A stretch of DNA of 64,000 nt, from the sequence record OQ790161.1. The stretch is one strand, 5' to 3'. Position 1 is the first letter of the stretch. Each line of letters starts with the position of its first letter. Below are positions 61,201-64,000 of this stretch, piece by piece. Made by a program: the position numbers and the translations under genes. Below the pieces are notes generated by a model. The model made no database searches and had not been told where the DNA came from. It saw only the letters and a list, made by a program, of their open reading frames with translations.

Positions 61201-64000
61201 GTAGACCGCAGCGCCTGCGGCAGCAACCACAGCGGCACCGACAGCGATCGGGACCCAGATAGGTGCACCGACCACAGCGGCAGCAGTGCCCGCCGTACCG
61301 GCAGCAACCGTACCTGCCGTAGCAGCAGCACCGGCACCAGCGGCCGCCGTAGCGCCCGCAGCGGCCGTACCAGCCGCGGCAGTACCTGCGGCTGCTGCAG
61401 TACCCGCAGCGGCTGCGCCACCTGCGGCAGTAGCTGCACCGCCCGCTGCAGCAGCGGTACCACCGGCTGCGGCTGCACCGCCTCCACCGACACCGAACAG
61501 GCTGCCCAACCACGGCACCGCACGAGCCAGCTGTGCGTACATCATGACATCAGAGGCCGTGTTGGCAACATCGCCCGCACCGTTGATGACCTTACCGGTC
61601 GTGCTGTTTTCGTCAGCACCCAGGGCGTCAGAAGCTGCCCCCGTTGCGCCGGAGATCAACATACCTGCCAGCAATGCCTTGGGATTCATCAGGCCCTTCG
61701 CGCCACGTCGGAACATTCCACCCTTGCCACGACCCTTACGGGCGTTACGCAGTTTGGCTGCCTGACGGTTGCGACGCATTCCGCCCTTCTTCCCACGACC
61801 ACGCTTGGCCTTGGCGGCATCACGCTTCTTCTTGTCGCCGTCCTTGTCATCCCCACCGCCACCGCCGATGATCGTGGTATTACCGCCACCACCGTCATCG
61901 TCGTCGTCATCCTCGTCTTCGTCGTCACCGCCGAAGCCGAACAGACCCTTGGCCTTGTTCTTGAAGAACGACAGCAGTCCGCCAGCGCCCCACTTCTTGT
62001 CCTTCTCGTCTTGCTCTTCCTTGGACTTCTTTTCCTTGTCCTCAGCTTCGTTGATTTCCTTCTGCTCCTGCCACGAACCCTTGCGGTTCTTCTTGCCAGG
62101 CAGACGCTGATCGAGCAAGCCGTAAATCTTTTCGAGCAGCTCCACTTGCTTGGTGCCCGTCTTTTCAAACGGATTGAGCAACGCACCCAGCATCTTGAAC
62201 GGAGCCCCCAGTGCCGCACCGCCGAAGCCCATCAGGCCACCGAACAGTTTGCCGTAGCCCTTCATGGCGCCACCGAACAATGCACCAGCGCCCTTGACCA
62301 CCGAGATCGCAGCACCGCCGAGTGCACCCACCAGAGCCGCCAACGGCGTCTTCAGCGGCAAGCCCCAACGGTTACTGATACCCGGATCGTGGATCTCGTT
62401 TTCGTGCAGCACCGTCTTGTCATCGGCAGAGGCCTTATCGCTACCTTGCGGCAGCTCCTTGATCTCGCCGTAGATGTCAGCGTAGGTGGTGACTACCTTA
62501 CCTGTCTTCTTCGGACCGGCATTGTAGTAACGCCCGGTCTTCATCTTGCTGGCCAACAGACGCGGGGACGATTCGCCCTTGACGTACACGTCCACTTGCT
62601 TGTTGGTGGCCCACTTGAAGGTAGCGCCAACCGCCTTGACACCCAGTGCGGCCGCCTTGAACGGCAGCGCAGCTGCATTGCCATAGAAGGACACCACAGC
62701 ACTGCCGAAGGTCTTGAGCGACTTGGTCGCCAGACGCACCATGCCTGCTGGGCCCTTGACGTAGATACCCTGGTCGAAGCCTTCCTGATCCAAGATGGTC
62801 TCGCCCGTGGTGACATCAATCACCGGACCGGTGACATCGCCCCAACGGGTGATCTTCTTCTTGGTGTTGACATCGCGGTAGTGACCCATCTTGATCCGCT
62901 CGGCGGTCATGATCGGCTTGCGCTCGCCTTGGACGTAGATGTCCTTGACGCCACGGACCATATTGCCAATCCGGTGAGCACCGCCCGAAGCGACTGCCCC
63001 CACACCACGACCAGCCAGACCCGCCGCACCACCGATACCACCGAAGACCTTCTTGGTCCACCACCAGGTTGCCTTACCGGTTCCCTTGGCAGCACCCCAC
63101 ACGCCCTTAGCACCGCCGATAGCCAGCGAGTCCAAGAAGCCGCGACGCGGACCGCCACCACCATCACCGCCGGAGCCTTGGCTCGCCAGTACTTCAGCGA
63201 TGACCTTGAGCACTTCCAGCTGTTCAGAGTTCAGGCGCACCAATTCACTGGTGTCACCCAGCGAACCTGCTTCCTGTGGCGCAAAGGCATTGGTGGATTG
63301 CGAAGACGTACCCGCACCCAAACCGCTCTCGACATTGCGAGCTGCACGTTCGGAGTTGGAGCGCATCTTCTCCACAGCGCCGTTGAGTTCTTCACCGGTG
63401 CCAGCCACCTTCAGCACTTCTGCCACATCGGCAGCGGTAACGACGGTGTTACCGTTTTCGTCGATCACCGGACCTTGGATGTCTTGCGGACGACGCAGGA
63501 CCTTACCGGTCAGGGCGTCACGGTACTTACCCAGACGCAGGCGCAGGCCGGAGATCAGGGTCTCACCACGACGGTTCACCACGTCACGTACTTCAGTGAC
63601 GGTGGAGTTGTTGTTGACCGCATCACGCGCGGAGTTGAACGCGTTGGAAACGCTGTTGGCTGCTGCCGTGGTGGCAGAGCGCAGGTTGAAGTTGAATTCC
63701 TTACCCGAGGAGTCTTGCAGACCACCGGCCAAGGTTTCGGTATCGATCGTGGAGCCGTTGGACATGTCCTCGACCGGACCCTTGATCTCTTCCCACTTAC
63801 GCAGGATTTGACCGGTGGCCTTATCGCGGTACATGCCGCCCTTGAGCTTGAACTCCATCAGTACCGCTTTGCTGCCGCCCTTGGCGTACAGGTCCTTGGC
63901 CTTGCCGAGCTTCTCGTTAACCTTGGCCTTGGCCTCGTCGCGGAACATCTCAGCGGCCGACTTCTTCTTGACGTTGATGTCGCGGTAGTCTGCACCGGAG
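58210..64000 (-). CDS. Tape-measure / tail lytic transglycosylase (phiKZ gp181-like), partial; starts beyond the right edge
   Basis: Frame stays open from 63948 to 64000. GxYRDxxTGK...DIxGPVxD repeats, an Ala-rich hydrophobic segment, and an SLT domain at ~59120-59475 (GVDP..L.AI..IESTFNP.A.A.TSSASGLFQF...TW...MYMAHFMG). Confidence 0.9.
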   Translation of the reverse strand, partial: SGADYRDINVKKKSAAEMFRDEAKAKVNEKLGKAKDLYAKGGSKAVLMEFKLKGGMYRDKATGQILRKWEEIKGPVEDMSNGSTIDTETLAGGLQDSSGKEFNFNLRSATTAAANSVSNAFNSARDAVNNNSTVTEVRDVVNRRGETLISGLRLRLGKYRDALTGKVLRRPQDIQGPVIDENGNTVVTAADVAEVLKVAGTGEELNGAVEKMRSNSERAARNVESGLGAGTSSQSTNAFAPQEAGSLGDTSELVRLNSEQLEVLKVIAEVLASQGSGGDGGGGPRRGFLDSLAIGGAKGVWGAAKGTGKATWWWTKKVFGGIGGAAGLAGRGVGAVASGGAHRIGNMVRGVKDIYVQGERKPIMTAERIKMGHYRDVNTKKKITRWGDVTGPVIDVTTGETILDQEGFDQGIYVKGPAGMVRLATKSLKTFGSAVVSFYGNAAALPFKAAALGVKAVGATFKWATNKQVDVYVKGESSPRLLASKMKTGRYYNAGPKKTGKVVTTYADIYGEIKELPQGSDKASADDKTVLHENEIHDPGISNRWGLPLKTPLAALVGALGGAAISVVKGAGALFGGAMKGYGKLFGGLMGFGGAALGAPFKMLGALLNPFEKTGTKQVELLEKIYGLLDQRLPGKKNRKGSWQEQKEINEAEDKEKKSKEEQDEKDKKWGAGGLLSFFKNKAKGLFGFGGDDEDEDDDDDDGGGGNTTIIGGGGGDDKDGDKKKRDAAKAKRGRGKKGGMRRNRQAAKLRNARKGRGKGGMFRRGAKGLMNPKALLAGMLISGATGAASDALGADENSTTGKVINGAGDVANTASDVMMYAQLARAVPWLGSLFGVGGGGAAAAGGTAAAAGGAATAAGGAAAAGTAAAAGTAAAGTAAAGATAAAGAGAAATAGTVAAGTAGTAAAVVGAPIWVPIAVGAAVVAAAGAAVYYGYKQHKYGKLTPVRRFRYLQYGVAPGDAGNNKKIFQLEELLLDHVGDKGGGLEILSKSSSGGKDITMKDVYEIMGMDDGWFSNKSQARASFNIWYAQRFKPIFLTWVKNLREIDPKMDILEADEKLSGEAQAKLVNKAWTISRNLYAISAGPFEDEPAVTNFADIEDAYNLALKESGKSDSEKSRDKWKNRALSVMAWTVPGMGLVTNYVQNQMDESQAKKDGAAETAKKIEGAQGSNMLSTSGSVKNTKDVDGLLSSSLARLNKVTALQAIRYRAYGLTDLDTDRVRALAALETLVFKKTSISSAGNPFFPMEADQAFTAAAGLFGLTANSPNDRTRWCSWFGRRFLPVAYAYMKTVKALSPNADFEAPEKQLKPAQLTDVAQAMMNAKTPDGGSIWSWSTSPWSPQERLNSDSNALAGSLLVLKKNADGKAMTEELIAGRDAAVKKEKGLLGGMMDSMREGVQKASDWLMGDKNNRNWLGRTVDGVNQAATRGLNMAKDAYGQATSGDYSGALETAGRAAMIPGQAVAGALGFGPGLDHPGKGTGGDINSLPNVPSNEEIAAMKPAQRFAVLKPLFDSVAKMTGVDPNMLYAICSIESTFNPGAKAPTSSASGLFQFIRGTWNGMLKKYGSTYGLSPTASPFDPRANALMGAMFLKDNYNILKGRIGRGINETDMYMAHFMGAGGAANFLSKDPNLNAPATFPKEAAANKWIFYDMMKQGNKNVPNMSSPKTVGGVYQLMQQKVNKAQAVYGGRTQGGMGVPSTGGTAPVAKADFSGVTSSVDTTGAKAGTTTTANVGGGLGASASAGGVTASASGASPAMSATTSGTNSLTSGGGSAAQMAGASVGGGYAPVAAAPSLESTASLNAAASATASDEATRANAQEKQRQAAEQQARAVEAQSQRQSQNESAQMSRVAEILQQQLDTQLKIERNTANTVDVLRQALKLGGLGSSTAEATPEKVETAAPAPSRAQRPTEQRNGNRLPIDVRFSSGN

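Noticed and set aside
1-64000. Stop-codon reassignment or alternative genetic code
   Set aside because: Long conserved genes translate intact with the standard code and end in TAA, TAG and TGA.

Overview
This is a gene-dense, GC-rich (about 60% by eye) segment of a phiKZ-like (nucleus-forming-type) jumbo myophage genome, mostly late virion genes. The assignment rests on four proteins I recognise from memory of phiKZ-type families: a split virion-RNAP beta C-terminal subunit (gp149-like), a tape-measure/lytic transglycosylase (gp181-like, partial), a gp182-like baseplate protein and a portal-like protein (partial). The window also has SbcC, RNase H, UvsX and RuvC in a phiKZ-like order. A ~27 kb tail-fibre region (3.9-30.5 kb) holds three fibres ending in intact S74 autocleaving chaperones, one S74 that has lost its catalytic dyad, and three small tip/adhesin-like genes. 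One of these tip genes carries a 19-Gly linker and a C-terminal Hint (intein-like) domain. Other highlights are a G5-tract frameshift in a structural gene, a candidate NADAR (anti-DarT-like) enzyme beside a degenerate paralog, tandem GNAT acetyltransferases, a candidate spanin pair, and a family of GC hairpins flanked by GCATA(A/G)...TTATG(C/T)CG. phiKZ gene-number assignments come from recalled motifs and synteny, not from database searches. I saw no tRNA, CRISPR array, transposase, invertase or reverse transcriptase.
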